Source of the DNA: an uncultured virus (IMG/VR IMGVR_UViG_2860823798_000002)
Taxonomy: Duplodnaviria > Heunggongvirae > Uroviricota > Caudoviricetes
Virus record (IMG/VR): IMGVR_UViG_2860823798_000002
Strand: one strand, 5' to 3'
Length of the DNA: 63,823 nt
This document shows positions 19,507 through 30,888 of the stretch, piece after piece; position 1 is the stretch's first letter; each line of letters begins with the position of its first letter. A program made the position numbers and the translations under genes. The notes below the pieces were generated by a model that worked only from the letters and a program-made list of their open reading frames with translations, had not been told where the DNA came from and ran no database searches.

Positions 19507-20482
19507 AAGGAAGGGAAAACTGCAAATGAGAATCCTTCAGAAGTGCTTTTATGAAGAGGCGGTTTATGTGTATTCTGATGAATTTGAAGCAAATAAACAT
19601 TTCATTGAAACGTTGGAGCCAAAAGGTTGGGAAATTGATGCTTGCTGGGTAGGAACTGAAGCTGGCCGATTAAAACAGTTTTATCGATATAAAAAGAAAA
19701 CGAAATAAAAGTATGGAGTGTTTAATATGAAAGAATCCTTTAAAAAAGAGATTCAAGATTTCTGGTTTATCACAAAGAATTTCCTTGTAGTCTCCGGTGC
19801 TTTATTTTGGCTTTTTATAATCTTTCTTTGTGTTTGGAGAGGGAAGAGTCATTAAAAAAGTTAAGGTTCAGGCTTCTTGTGGCTTTTATGCAGGTGAACC
19901 AAAGTGGAGATCATTTGCGAATGACTGGTGTTTCGTACTAGATGAATGTTGCTGGGAGGGAACAGTTGAAATAGATGAAGAAAATTGGAGTGACGGAGCT
20001 GGTTCTATGACCTGTCCTCAATGTGGTTCATTACTAACTCAAGATATGGATCACTTTGAATTGCTTTAAAAGGATTATTTTATCCAAAGAGGGGATGAAA
20101 GTATCGGTTACATCAAATACATATTGGAAACAGCATGGTTTAACTTAGTATGGTTTAAATGGCATTTAGGAGCAGATATAAAAGTGCTTGAGAATTGCAG
20201 CTGGAAAGACTATATAGATTTCAAAAGGAGGGGCAATGATGAATTACAATCTTAATGATAAGACCCTTAAAGAGATTTTTGATTTTTATTTTGAGTCCCA
20301 TGGTCAGAAAGTGGAAGAAGTACAGTTTCTTGAAAACCGTGTCCTTGTAAGAACTAAATCAAAAGTCAATAAGCGTATTGATATTCCTGAATTCATACAT
20401 AAAAGACCGCACAAATCAAAATATGCTATTGGATAAAACATAAATCAATTAAAAGTATAATATCGAAAAGGTTTATAAGGAG

Positions 20483-20827
20483 ATGAGGAAACTGGATAAA
20501 ACAGCAGAATTATTAAATATATTGAGCATGTATCCAGAAAGAGAACTTATTTTTATGTATCCAAATGAAGGATCTGACCACCCTTACACGCTTGGTTATC
20601 CATCTAGAATTTTAATTGATTCTTATATTACATTGAATGATCGAGTATGGCTATTTAATGAAGAGAAAGACGAATTGTTTGAGGAGATTGCTGATAGTGT
20701 CGCGGAGGATTTATATACGGAATTTCCATTAACTAATGATCAATTAGCTTTTGTAGAGAAGCAAGCTAAGAAAAAAATAGAGAGTCTAGCGTGGAAAAAA
20801 GCAATAGTGGTTTATATAAAATATTGA
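20483..20827 (+). CDS. hypothetical phage protein
   Basis: 114-aa ORF with SD AAGGAG. Confidence 0.65.
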   Translation: MRKLDKTAELLNILSMYPERELIFMYPNEGSDHPYTLGYPSRILIDSYITLNDRVWLFNEEKDELFEEIADSVAEDLYTEFPLTNDQLAFVEKQAKKKIESLAWKKAIVVYIKY

Positions 20828-21761
20828 GGTAGTGACTGAGAAAGGATGAGGAAATGAGCGGCATTAACACTAAATTTTCATACAAACAGCTGTACACATT
20901 AAAACACGCTTTTTTGGAGTATGTGCAACGTAAAGGTATAACAGATGATGACTTTAAAAGCGAACAGGATTTGTTATTAAAAATTAACTGCCAAATTGAA
21001 GAAATGAAGGAACGTTACAATATTTAGTTTTTTGTAATGAACTGAAAGTTCGGGCGTAAATCGGAAAGTGAAGGCACTGTTAGCTGTTAAATGATAAAGC
21101 GAAATAAGGAAAGGATGAAAAGAATGGATTTAGCTGTCTTTAAAAGAGATGTTTTCTTTGAGGATGAACACAGTAATCCAATTTTTAAAAAGGGTAAGGA
21201 GTATGAAATATTAAGCGAGGATAAAGAGTTCATATACGTCAATTCTAAGCCGAAAACAAACGAATGTTCACAAGTTCCAAAAGAAGAAGAGGGATTTATT
21301 TTTGAATACAAGTAATGCAGCCTCGCCATAACAACGAAACAGACAAGAAGAAAAGAACATTAAAGTTAAATGTGATATGTGTAACCGTATAGGGGATAAA
21401 GACAAAATGAAAATAGAAATGTCAGAGTTTAGTTGCTTTTATTTTCTTAAAAAATGCCATAAAAGCTTAATCAAAACAGCATATTGATTAATTCACACTT
21501 ACACAAATCAGCGGCCGAAGCCGGGAAGGTAGGAAATGGACAAAATAAGCGAAATCAAAGAACGTTTTAATGAAGATGAAATCGAGCGCGATGATATGGA
21601 ATGGCTTATCGAACAGGTTGAAAAGGCTGCACAATACAAGATCGCATTGAAAAACATAAGTGATATCTTAGAAGGGCAAAACGTTACTGAATTGATTGAA
21701 AGAATAGCATATGAACTTGCACACTCTGGGATTTATGATAAGGAATAGAGAGGACGAATAA

Positions 21762-22572
21762 ATGACGAAAACTAACGAAAAAATCCACGTATTGGCTGAC
21801 GAATCACTTGGCGGAATCAAACGCGAATATGTAGAGGTCAATAGGAAGGCGAAACTGGGTGAGAAGATCGTAATTGTCGATGCTGACCCAGGTTATGGAG
21901 ATCATTATTCAAATGGGGATTTTTTTACCGTCGAGCTCTACACGGGTTATGGTAGTGGTGTAGCAACAAAATGCGGTCATCATGTTGGTAATAACGAATA
22001 CTGTACACTCGAACCGACCAACGTCGTCCACATTGACGGGGAGCGCTACGAAATGGTCGAACGCAAGGCGGAAGTATGCGAGAAGGTTATTCATCTGAAT
22101 AACGATAAATCGGGAGGAAGGGTAAGGGAGGTTACTAATGTGGGCGTTGGCACGATCGATGTAATCGAATACGAACATCCAGACGGAGACATCACGTGCG
22201 GATTTTCACATGGATGCTATCGTGTCCTTGTTCCATTGTCTAAAGAAAATGAATATCAAGAATTCGAAGATAAGAAAAGGGGATACAAAGAAGTAAAAAA
22301 CTTTTATACATAATGAATTAGGTATAACGAAAGATGCCATTCAAGAAATGATTCGTATTGCAGTATCAAATGAAGTTAAAAAAGCAACAGAGTCAGGGGA
22401 ATTTCAGTCATTTATAAATTCAAAAATTGACTCACTTATAGAAGAGGGATTTGGAGATGGAGGAAGGTTGCTCTACGGCTTTAAAGAAAGAGTGTCTCAA
22501 ACAGTATCTAATGAAGTAGGCAAACGAATTGCCAATAACCTCAACATAAGTGTGGAGCTGAAAAGTCGATAA
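21762..22572 (+). pseudogene. phage protein with repeated RKAKxGE modules, probably one gene split by a +1 T at ~22302-22305
   Basis: Removing one T from AACTTTTATACAT joins 21762..22313 to 22348..22572 (…KNFIHNELGITKDAIQEMIR…). Confidence 0.5.
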
Positions 22573-22603
22573 AATAGTTATTTTATTATGAAGGAGGAAT
22601 TGT

Positions 22604-22852
22604 GTGTTTATCATTCAAAACATCGAAACGGAATTCTATTTGAAACATAATGGGAGCGAGTCATTAGAACACCCCTATATCGAAGTGGCCTGTCCGGGAG
22701 ATGCAGAAGCTTTCAGTTCATTGAAACACGCAAAATATGCAGTTACATGGTATTGCGATATGTTTAAAAAATGGAGAATTATCGATGTATACGAAGGTAA
22801 ATCGTATGTGAAGAATAAAATTTTTGAATTTGTTTTAGAAGAAGCTATGTAA
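22604..22852 (+). CDS. hypothetical protein
   Basis: SD AAGGAGG; follows palindrome 22570. Confidence 0.7.
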   Translation: MFIIQNIETEFYLKHNGSESLEHPYIEVACPGDAEAFSSLKHAKYAVTWYCDMFKKWRIIDVYEGKSYVKNKIFEFVLEEAM

Positions 22853-22861
22853 CGGAGAGTA

Positions 22862-23674
22862 TTAATCTCTCCAGGAATTAAATGAGGGGATACGAAGTTT
22901 GCCATTTTTAGTCTTAAAACGGTGCTTCACATTACATAATAAAGGCTTAATGAATACATAATCGTCATTTTCATATTCTATTTGTTTGATAGAGTGGAAG
23001 TATTTGCGTTCATCGAATGGCATAAATTCCATGAACCCGGCAGATAAACCGTCAGGGTAACTGAGAAGAAACTTGATATCTTCCTTAGTGTATCCAGTAA
23101 TGAGCACGTCAGTGTACTGATAATTTATAACCTTGATCCAGTTTTCCGATCTCTTGTTGATCTCGTAAGGGGAGTTTGCTTTCTTAAGCACGATTCCTTC
23201 AAGGTTCTTTTCTTTAGCCATTTCAAAATAGGCTTTTCCTTTGCCTTGTACTCCTTCAATCACAAAGATATTTGGATGGTTAAGATTTAGTGATCTAAGG
23301 AATTCCTTGCGTTTAAAAAGTGGATTTGAAGCTATTGATATTTCATTTAATCTTATGACATCGAACACGCAATAAACAATTTGATGAGAAGATTTGCTTG
23401 ATTGAAAACGTTCCATAACAGATTCAAAATCGGGCAACCCATCAGAATTGGTAACGATAATTTCCCCATCTAAGACTGTCCCTTCGGGAATATCAATATC
23501 ATGCAGCTCAGGGAATTTATTGGTGACTTCATTATTATGGCGCGTGTAGAGCTTAATCTTACCATCTTGCTTAGATAGAATGATTCGTATTCCATCAAAT
23601 TTAAGCTCAGCAATATAGTTTTCATCATCAAATGGCTCTTTGGCTGAATCAAGCAGCATTGGAGCTATAAACAA
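22862..23674 (-). CDS. ligB: ATP-dependent DNA ligase (SPbeta YoqV/LigB-like)
   Basis: ELKFDGIR; LDGEI; FDV; EGIVLK; WIKV; 270 aa. Confidence 0.93.
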   Translation of the reverse strand: MFIAPMLLDSAKEPFDDENYIAELKFDGIRIILSKQDGKIKLYTRHNNEVTNKFPELHDIDIPEGTVLDGEIIVTNSDGLPDFESVMERFQSSKSSHQIVYCVFDVIRLNEISIASNPLFKRKEFLRSLNLNHPNIFVIEGVQGKGKAYFEMAKEKNLEGIVLKKANSPYEINKRSENWIKVINYQYTDVLITGYTKEDIKFLLSYPDGLSAGFMEFMPFDERKYFHSIKQIEYENDDYVFIKPLLCNVKHRFKTKNGKLRIPSFNSWRD

Positions 23675-23766
23675 AAAACCACCTCCATTTAAACATCTTA
23701 TCTAAGGAGAGATGTTATTTAAAGCAAAATGCTGATGGTACTTAATGGATTAAAAGGAGGGATGTA

Positions 23767-23991
23767 ATGTACCAAACATCAGTGCAGCTTAAAGATGTGA
23801 AAGTATTGATTAGGGGAATCTGGACAAAGAAGAAATTCACTGAAATAGAACGTGGCGAGACGTTTATGATCGAGGAAGATGGAGTTTTAAAAAAGTACAT
23901 AGCAAGAACAAAACCATATTGGGATAAGGAATTTGAAGCTTTTGTTGTTGATGTGATGGATAAAAACAAATTGAGAAGAGGGATTAGATGA
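23767..23991 (+). CDS. hypothetical protein
   Basis: SD AAGGAGG. Confidence 0.7.
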   Translation: MYQTSVQLKDVKVLIRGIWTKKKFTEIERGETFMIEEDGVLKKYIARTKPYWDKEFEAFVVDVMDKNKLRRGIR

Positions 23992-24350
23992 GAAGTAATG
24001 TTGAAATTAATGAATTGATTCAAGACCGATTATTCAACGGTTACAAGAAGAGGAAAATCACTCCAGATGAATGCTTTGAGCTTTTAGGGGATATTGTGGC
24101 CGATGAATTGGCTTTTGATAATGATGGGAAAGTGGTTAATCTTAAAAACTTTGCGGGAGAAATGAGTTTAGCATTGCAGGTAGTTGAGAAGCTACAAAAA
24201 GGTTATGGACTAAATTTTTATTTATCAAGAGAACACGATTTTATCGGTCTGGAAGATTGGTGTGCTGCTTTTGACGAGTATGAAGCTTGGGCAGAAAAAC
24301 CAGAGAAAGCAACATGCTTAGCGGCATTAAAAGCACTGAAAATTAGATAA
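23988..24350 (+). CDS. phage ABA-sandwich-like protein
   Basis: ALQVVEKL...WCAAF...ATCLAALKA. Confidence 0.6.
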   Translation: MRSNVEINELIQDRLFNGYKKRKITPDECFELLGDIVADELAFDNDGKVVNLKNFAGEMSLALQVVEKLQKGYGLNFYLSREHDFIGLEDWCAAFDEYEAWAEKPEKATCLAALKALKIR

Positions 24351-24486
24351 AACAGAAATTTTATATAAATTAAAAGAACCTATTGATACACACGACAGAA
24401 ATCAAAGCAGCTCCGGCGCTGCTGTCGATCCTGCTACAGGCCGGATACAGGGAAAAACAGATCGAACAATGGTTACAAGATGACGG

Positions 24487-24888
24487 GTGGTAAGGGGAAT
24501 GAGAGAGATTAAATTCCGGGCGTGGAATGCTCCACTTAAAAAAATGGATTACAGCCCTTTAAATGCAGTTGGTTTTGATGGAAAAGTATATTACGGGAAT
24601 GCGGATATAACGGGATTTTTCGAAAATATTATGCAATACACCGGATTGAAGGACAAAAACGGACGGGAGATTTACGAAAAAGACATCGCTGAGGAATCCT
24701 ATATAAATCCTATGACCGGTAAAAAAGTGGTTGATCGTTATGTGATCGAATGGGAAAACGGTATCCACAAAATGAAATACATTGGCGATCAAAAAGGGAT
24801 GGATAGATACCTTTGGATGCGACTTGACGAAATCGAAGTCATCGGCGACGTATACCGAAATCCTGATCTATTGGAGGAGGCGGAATAA
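24487..24888 (+). CDS. YopX-family protein
   Basis: REIKFRAW; MQYTGLKDKNGREIYEKDI; EVIGDVYRNPDLL. Confidence 0.9.
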   Translation: MVRGMREIKFRAWNAPLKKMDYSPLNAVGFDGKVYYGNADITGFFENIMQYTGLKDKNGREIYEKDIAEESYINPMTGKKVVDRYVIEWENGIHKMKYIGDQKGMDRYLWMRLDEIEVIGDVYRNPDLLEEAE

Positions 24889-26067
24889 TGGGAAGAAACC
24901 TAGTCATGTACGAATACAAATGCGGAGAATGCGAGGAACTGATTTTGTTAGAGCACGAAAAATATCCAATTTATTGCCCTTATTGCGGAGACTCCGAAAT
25001 TGATTTTGCGCCCTGAAGAATTGAGCCGTCTTTAATCTACAGACCAAGGGAGGCGGCGGAATGAGCGGATATTCGAAAAAACAAATTTGTCCTTACTGCG
25101 AACATGAAGCGGATTTTAAAAATTTTGATCAGGACAGCGACGGCATAGTTACTTGTTATTGGTGCAACAACGATTATTATGCTATGCCCTAATATGAATT
25201 TTTAGGATTCGAGATTGAAAAAGTTTGTGAGGAATGCTATCAACAAGAAAGTGAATGTTATTGCGAGGTGGAGGTGAAATTATCACACAACTTTTGAATA
25301 AAAACAATCTTTTATTTGAAAGTAAGTGGCTATTGTTTAGTTTATTTAAACCAAATACCTGTGAGCAGTGCAAATTCTATTCAGAATACAAGACTGCAGA
25401 TGTGCTTCAAAAAGACAAGACAGTAACAAGAGGGAAGATGAGATATTGCAAAAAGAAGAAAGATGAACTCCGAGATATGGAGAAATGCGAGCTTTTTCAA
25501 TTGAGAGGGGGGAAAAATAACTTTTACTGATGCAGCCGATCATTATTTTAAAAGAAAAGGAGAAAATTAATCGAATCGTAATTTGCACTTAGCCCTATAC
25601 GCAAAGAGAAAATTTGAGAATAAAATACTAATTAAAATGATAAGGAGTGTTTAATGTGTCGGTTGAACAACTATGCGGAGGACAATGTACAGAAGAAACA
25701 ATTGAATTGGTTAGAAAGAAATTACTGCAGCAGCAAAGAGGCTTACTTACTAAAAAGGCAAACATTGAAGCTAAGATTAGACGTCTAACAGATTTACTGC
25801 AATTAGAAAATGACAAGCTTGAAAAAGTTAAATGTGAGCTAGGAAAGATTCAGTGTGAGCTAGAGGAACTGGGTTGCTTGGAGAAAGCATGGCATGAAGA
25901 GGGCTTTTGAAGCAATACTTTATAAGCTGATAAAAAAGGATGTCTTAAATATAGGCATCCTTGTTTTTATTTTCAAAATCTGCGATATTTGGTTGAAAAT
26001 TAAAAAACAAGAAATATGGTAAAGTTGTATGTTAATTTATACTAGTAATGTAAAGGGAGGGGATTTT

Positions 26068-27393
26068 TTGAATAAAAAGGTACTAGTAGGATTGACATCT
26101 ATGGCACTTGTTTTCTCGGCTCAAACAGCTTTTGCAAAAGGGGGAGAATTGGAGACAGAGATTATATCAAATGAAAACACAATTACTTTAGATTGGAATG
26201 ACACTGGCGATAAGTATGAAGTGTATTCAGATGGGAAGCTACTATGGAAAGGTACGGATTCTAAGTATGTACATAAGAATTTAAAGCCCAGAAGTCCACA
26301 GGAATATGATATTGTATCGTATGAAAATGGAAAAAGAAAAGATATGGTTAGTGTTGATACAACGACCCTACCAGAGCAACGTATATCAACACAAGACGTC
26401 TCAGACGAGGATATGCCTGACCCGTTAAAAGCTGAGGAGCACATTGATAGTACTATTAATGATAATGTATTAACTTTAAACTTAAGAGGAAAAATCCAAG
26501 ATGATTTTGATGGGAAGATTGAAGTTTATAAAGATGATGAATTAATAGACAATAATGCAGGAACGACTTTTGTAGATGATAAAGTTGAATCTGGCAAAAC
26601 CTATGTCTATAAATTTGTTGTATTGAAGAAGTTAAGCCCGGCTGAAATCGAAAAGGTAAATGAAGAATTCGAAAAAAGAAATCAAAAGTTAAGTTTTGAC
26701 CAGTTCAAAGATTATTATTATCGTCCTTACGAATATATAAAGGCCATTAAAGTGCCGGAACAAAAAGAGAATCTGAACAGTTTGGCTTGGGAGCCACCAG
26801 TAGGGCCGCACCCAAACCAAATGGGTATTAAATATCGCACATTCATTCCAACTAAGTATGCACCTGCTGCATCCATTTTTAGTGGCTGGATTGGCGGAGA
26901 TAAATTTGGTGGAGACAATAGATCCTTTAGTTTTTCTGGGGGATCACATCGAACTCAAACTGAGGCAGTTGCGAGATTTACCAGCAGTGGATCAAGTACT
27001 TATTTCAGAAAAGACGTAAACTATACTAGATTATACGACAAGGATGGTAATTTCAAAAAGCAACAAAAGCCAACGGATAAAAATATTACTTTCACCCAAG
27101 GGAAAAAAGATAAAAGCATGAATTACTTTGTTATTAAACATGCTGCTACAGTTGGCTTTAACGACTTTGGCTGGACAACTCCTGCAATAGATTATACGGC
27201 CGGAGTAGTTATATATAAGAGCGGTCGTATTACGGTAAGTGGAACAAGAGACCAAGCACCTAGTCATGAAATGTATGCATATATCCCATATTCTGATGCG
27301 ATGATTACGCTTTTTAAGGCAAGTAACAAGGGGTTCGAATATCTATTCCCACCAATGCCTTCAGCTAAAATGAACATTGATATTAAACCATAA
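26068..27393 (+). CDS. secreted protein with FN3-like repeats and a DUF3238-like C-terminal domain
   Basis: TTG 26068 with SD GGGAGG; signal peptide ending AFA; LDW...YEVY and YVYKF FN3 patterns; YRTFIP...FGGDNRSF. Confidence 0.65.
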   Translation: MNKKVLVGLTSMALVFSAQTAFAKGGELETEIISNENTITLDWNDTGDKYEVYSDGKLLWKGTDSKYVHKNLKPRSPQEYDIVSYENGKRKDMVSVDTTTLPEQRISTQDVSDEDMPDPLKAEEHIDSTINDNVLTLNLRGKIQDDFDGKIEVYKDDELIDNNAGTTFVDDKVESGKTYVYKFVVLKKLSPAEIEKVNEEFEKRNQKLSFDQFKDYYYRPYEYIKAIKVPEQKENLNSLAWEPPVGPHPNQMGIKYRTFIPTKYAPAASIFSGWIGGDKFGGDNRSFSFSGGSHRTQTEAVARFTSSGSSTYFRKDVNYTRLYDKDGNFKKQQKPTDKNITFTQGKKDKSMNYFVIKHAATVGFNDFGWTTPAIDYTAGVVIYKSGRITVSGTRDQAPSHEMYAYIPYSDAMITLFKASNKGFEYLFPPMPSAKMNIDIKP

Positions 27394-27418
27394 AAAATTA
27401 AAGCGCACTGATATATAT

Positions 27419-27790
27419 TCAGCGCGCTTCTTTTTTTTCCATAAAAGACAGAAAAGAACTCATTATTAATGTGCTTATAGCAGTAATGATAGTCATATAG
27501 ATTTCATTAGATTGAAAATAAACGAAAATGCTGTTGACTAATGCAGTTAAAAAAGAAACCAATGCGGCGAAAAAAATAAAATTAAAATTTAAACGCCGAA
27601 TTATATAGCTAAGTGTAAAATATTCGATTAATGCCATTGCTGGAATGTAGGAAAAGATAATTGCTGCATAGATAAAAGTATTATTCCAATCATCAAATGC
27701 TCCAATAATATAAAGGTTGAAGTACAACAAGGTTAACAAAATTACATGGCAAAGCAAAAAGCCAATAATGATTTTTTTAAAAACACCCAT
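27419..27790 (-). CDS. four-TM membrane protein
   Basis: Four hydrophobic segments. Confidence 0.7.
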   Translation of the reverse strand: MGVFKKIIIGFLLCHVILLTLLYFNLYIIGAFDDWNNTFIYAAIIFSYIPAMALIEYFTLSYIIRRLNFNFIFFAALVSFLTALVNSIFVYFQSNEIYMTIITAISTLIMSSFLSFMEKKEAR

Positions 27791-27941
27791 GAAATACCCT
27801 TTCTTACTTTTTTTATAATTATAAATTAAGCTTCAAGATTTATAAAGATTCAAAAGTCTTATTAGAAAATGCCCCGAAAATAAAGATATTTAGGATTTGA
27901 TTAAAACTAACCTTTTATTAAAAAAATGTTTGAAATAACAA

Positions 27942-27970
27942 TAGACAAAAACAAATTAAAAGTATATAAT
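27942..27970 (+). promoter_or_regulatory. repeated early promoter/operator (SPBRE-like), copy 1
   Basis: TAGACA-aaaac-AAATTAAAAGTA-TATAAT with 17-bp spacing. Confidence 0.8.
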
Positions 27971-28001
27971 TAAAACATATTGATGAGAAAGAGGTGATTA
28001 T

Positions 28002-28334
28002 ATGAAAATGCTGAAGGTGTCAGAAGACGCTTTAAATTATTACAGGGAGTGCGTCAAGGGGAACAAAAACATAAGTGAAGATCAGGCAAGAGCAAAGCTC
28101 ACTCGGAATGTTAACTTAGTACTAGCTGAGGCTCCAGAGAGGGTATTGAGTAGCGGGCTCTTTTCTAAGGTTTACATGTATCATGATCTTCATATCACTG
28201 TTAGAAATGGCAAGGTGACTAAAATTGTAAACCATAAGAGACCAAGATTTTCGAAGAAAAGATACATAGAATTATCAAAAGCTTTAGGTATCAAAGACAT
28301 AAAGTATTACAGAAAGCATTCCGCTACAAGGTAG
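28002..28334 (+). CDS. basic phage protein (YorD-like by synteny)
   Basis: First gene after the promoter; SD GAGGTG. Confidence 0.6.
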   Translation: MKMLKVSEDALNYYRECVKGNKNISEDQARAKLTRNVNLVLAEAPERVLSSGLFSKVYMYHDLHITVRNGKVTKIVNHKRPRFSKKRYIELSKALGIKDIKYYRKHSATR

Positions 28335-28417
28335 TACATACATATGAGATCTGAATAACCTTGCGTCTATTGATTCAATTATACATCAATTAAAAGAACA
28401 AAAAGGAGTGTTGTGAA

Positions 28418-29332
28418 ATGTCAGAAAATCAAACAGTATTGCGTGAAGCAGAAAACAAAGTAGTTTTAGAGGGATTGCTTCTAGAAGTTCGTCACAACGA
28501 ATGGAAAAGTGGAGAAGGGCTAAATATTGAACTAGATATCGAAACAGCTCCAAACGAAGTACATACTGTCACTGGAATGTCAAAGTATAAAAAAGAAGAC
28601 GGCTCAGAAAATGGGATTGCTAAGGGTTATAAAACAATAATTAATGACTATAAGTCTGTAGCTACTCATGGCAAAGAAGAAGCTGACAAAGTAAGAATAA
28701 CACAAGGGAAAATTGGACTGAATGAATATTATGTCCAAGACAATTTAAAGTCATACCCGCAATTATCCACTAACTTTGTTAACCGCTTAAAATCAGATGA
28801 AGAATACAATCCGAGAGCAAAGTTTGAAGTTGAATTATTTGTAAAAGGGGTTAAAGAAGAAAAGGTGAAAGGGGAGGAAACGGGAAGAGTTCTATTGGAA
28901 GGATACATTCCTTTATATGGAGGAAAAATTATCCCCTTTACATTTGCGGTAACAAAAGAGGGCTCTGATTACGTAGAAAAGAATTACGAAAAGGGGAACA
29001 CCGTTAAAGTATTCGGGGATATCATTAATTTTAAAGAAGTGAAAGTGACCGTTCAAGAATCAGCATTTGGAATAGACAAAGAAAACATTACATATAACAC
29101 AAAGCGTGAATTCTTAATTACAGGTGGCTTTGAACCATATGACGAAGACGATAAAGCAGCTTTTGACGAAGCAGCAGTTAAAGCAGCATTGACTGAGAGA
29201 GAGCTTAAACTAGAGGAAATGAAGAATGACACTAAGAAAAGCAATAAAAATGAGAAGAAAACTGGATTCGGAGGGAAAGCAGTCACAGGTTCTTCTCAAT
29301 CGATCTTTGAAGATGGTGGTTTGCCATTTTAA
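28418..29332 (+). CDS. yorF: YorF-like putative ssDNA-binding protein
   Basis: 304 aa; acidic tail ending EDGGLPF; synteny. Confidence 0.75.
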   Translation: MSENQTVLREAENKVVLEGLLLEVRHNEWKSGEGLNIELDIETAPNEVHTVTGMSKYKKEDGSENGIAKGYKTIINDYKSVATHGKEEADKVRITQGKIGLNEYYVQDNLKSYPQLSTNFVNRLKSDEEYNPRAKFEVELFVKGVKEEKVKGEETGRVLLEGYIPLYGGKIIPFTFAVTKEGSDYVEKNYEKGNTVKVFGDIINFKEVKVTVQESAFGIDKENITYNTKREFLITGGFEPYDEDDKAAFDEAAVKAALTERELKLEEMKNDTKKSNKNEKKTGFGGKAVTGSSQSIFEDGGLPF

Positions 29333-29385
29333 TAATTAATGGATATTAAGAAAGCAATATAAAAATAATTAAAAGGAGAATATAA

Positions 29386-30357
29386 ATGACAATAGACATT
29401 TTTAACCCTCAGATTTCTGTAGTAGCAAAAGGACTTGAAGGAAAAGTTATTACGATATATGGATCTAACAACTTAGGAAAAACAAAACAAAGTACCAGAA
29501 TGAAAAAGCCACTCTATCTTCCATTTGAAAAAGGATTGAATGCAATTGCTGGAGTCCCTTTCATGCCGATTAATAGCTGGGGAGATTTCAAAAAAGTGAA
29601 CAAGCAGCTCACAAAAAATCCCGAAAAGGCTAAAGAAGCTTATCAAACCATAATTGTTGATGAAGTTGATGCTTTCTCAAAATATGCTACGAGATATGTA
29701 TGTGACCAATATGATGTTGATCGAATTAAGGATGGAAACGATGGATTTGGCTTATGGAAAGAGTATGAAACCGAAATCTGGGAGGAAATTAACAAACTCT
29801 TAAATGTAGGATTTACTGTTGTCTTTATTGCTCACGCAACCGAAGATAAGGATGGAAAAATCATTCCTAAAGGGGATAAGCGAGTGCTCGCACCAGTAAT
29901 CGATAATAGCGATATAGTCTTATTCCTTAGCTCAAATGGTGTGGATGAAGATAATAGGGTAATTAAATCTAGCGCTTGGTTAGCTGAAACAAAGAAATTT
30001 TTTGCTCGTAGCCGTTTTGATTATATCGATACATACATTGAGGAGTTTACTGCTGAGAACCTTGAAAAGGCTGTTATCGAAGCAATTAAACGACAAGAAG
30101 AAGCAGAAGGAATTCAGGCCGTTACATATGAAGAACAGAAGCAAAAGAACTCATCAGAGAAATTGGACTATGACCAATTAATGGAGCAGATAATCGAAAT
30201 CGGCACAAAGCTAAGTGAAGAAGGCAGACTTGAGGAAGTAAATGAGGTAACCGAAAAGCATCTCGGTCAAGGGGCGAGGGTAACAGAATGTACGAAAAAA
30301 CAGACAGATGTAATGTCAGTTATTTTAGACGATCTTAAAGACCTTCTTGAAAATTAA
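29386..30357 (+). CDS. yorG: AAA_24/Sak4-like ATPase
   Basis: YGSNNLGKT; TIIVDEVD; VFIAH. Confidence 0.8.
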   Translation: MTIDIFNPQISVVAKGLEGKVITIYGSNNLGKTKQSTRMKKPLYLPFEKGLNAIAGVPFMPINSWGDFKKVNKQLTKNPEKAKEAYQTIIVDEVDAFSKYATRYVCDQYDVDRIKDGNDGFGLWKEYETEIWEEINKLLNVGFTVVFIAHATEDKDGKIIPKGDKRVLAPVIDNSDIVLFLSSNGVDEDNRVIKSSAWLAETKKFFARSRFDYIDTYIEEFTAENLEKAVIEAIKRQEEAEGIQAVTYEEQKQKNSSEKLDYDQLMEQIIEIGTKLSEEGRLEEVNEVTEKHLGQGARVTECTKKQTDVMSVILDDLKDLLEN

Positions 30358-30403
30358 GGCGCGAGGGAGTCTATCTCCCTCATTATTTTAAAGAGGTGGG
30401 TAT

Positions 30404-30874
30404 ATGGCACGTCGAGTTAAATGTCCATACTGCGAAACTTATTTAGACAAAGATGATGCAATCCCTTATAAAAAAAGATATTATCACCAGCATTGTTTTG
30501 ATACTTGGAAGATGGAAGCAGAACATCGAAAAGAGTTAATTAAATACATATGTGAACTATATAAGATTGATGCACCAACTGGAATGATGTTAAAGCAGAT
30601 TAAAGAATTCCAGGAAGAATACAAATACAAATTAAAAGGTATAGAATTAGCTTTAAGGTACTTTCATGAAACGCTGGGGAATCCTGTCCGTGAAGGAGAT
30701 GGATTGGGAATAGTCCCATTCATTTATGAAGAAGCAAAAGCGGATTATCTTCAGAAAAAGGCGATTAAAGAATCAGTTGAAAAAGCAAAAAAACATAAAC
30801 CAAAAGAAAGAATTGTTGTGATAAAAAAACAAAATAGAAAAAATATAAAGATTGTTGATATATCTACTTTGTAG
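30404..30874 (+). CDS. yorH: YorH-like Zn-finger protein
   Basis: CPYC...HQHC; synteny. Confidence 0.7.
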   Translation: MARRVKCPYCETYLDKDDAIPYKKRYYHQHCFDTWKMEAEHRKELIKYICELYKIDAPTGMMLKQIKEFQEEYKYKLKGIELALRYFHETLGNPVREGDGLGIVPFIYEEAKADYLQKKAIKESVEKAKKHKPKERIVVIKKQNRKNIKIVDISTL

Positions 30875-30888
30875 AAGGGGGAGTTCAA

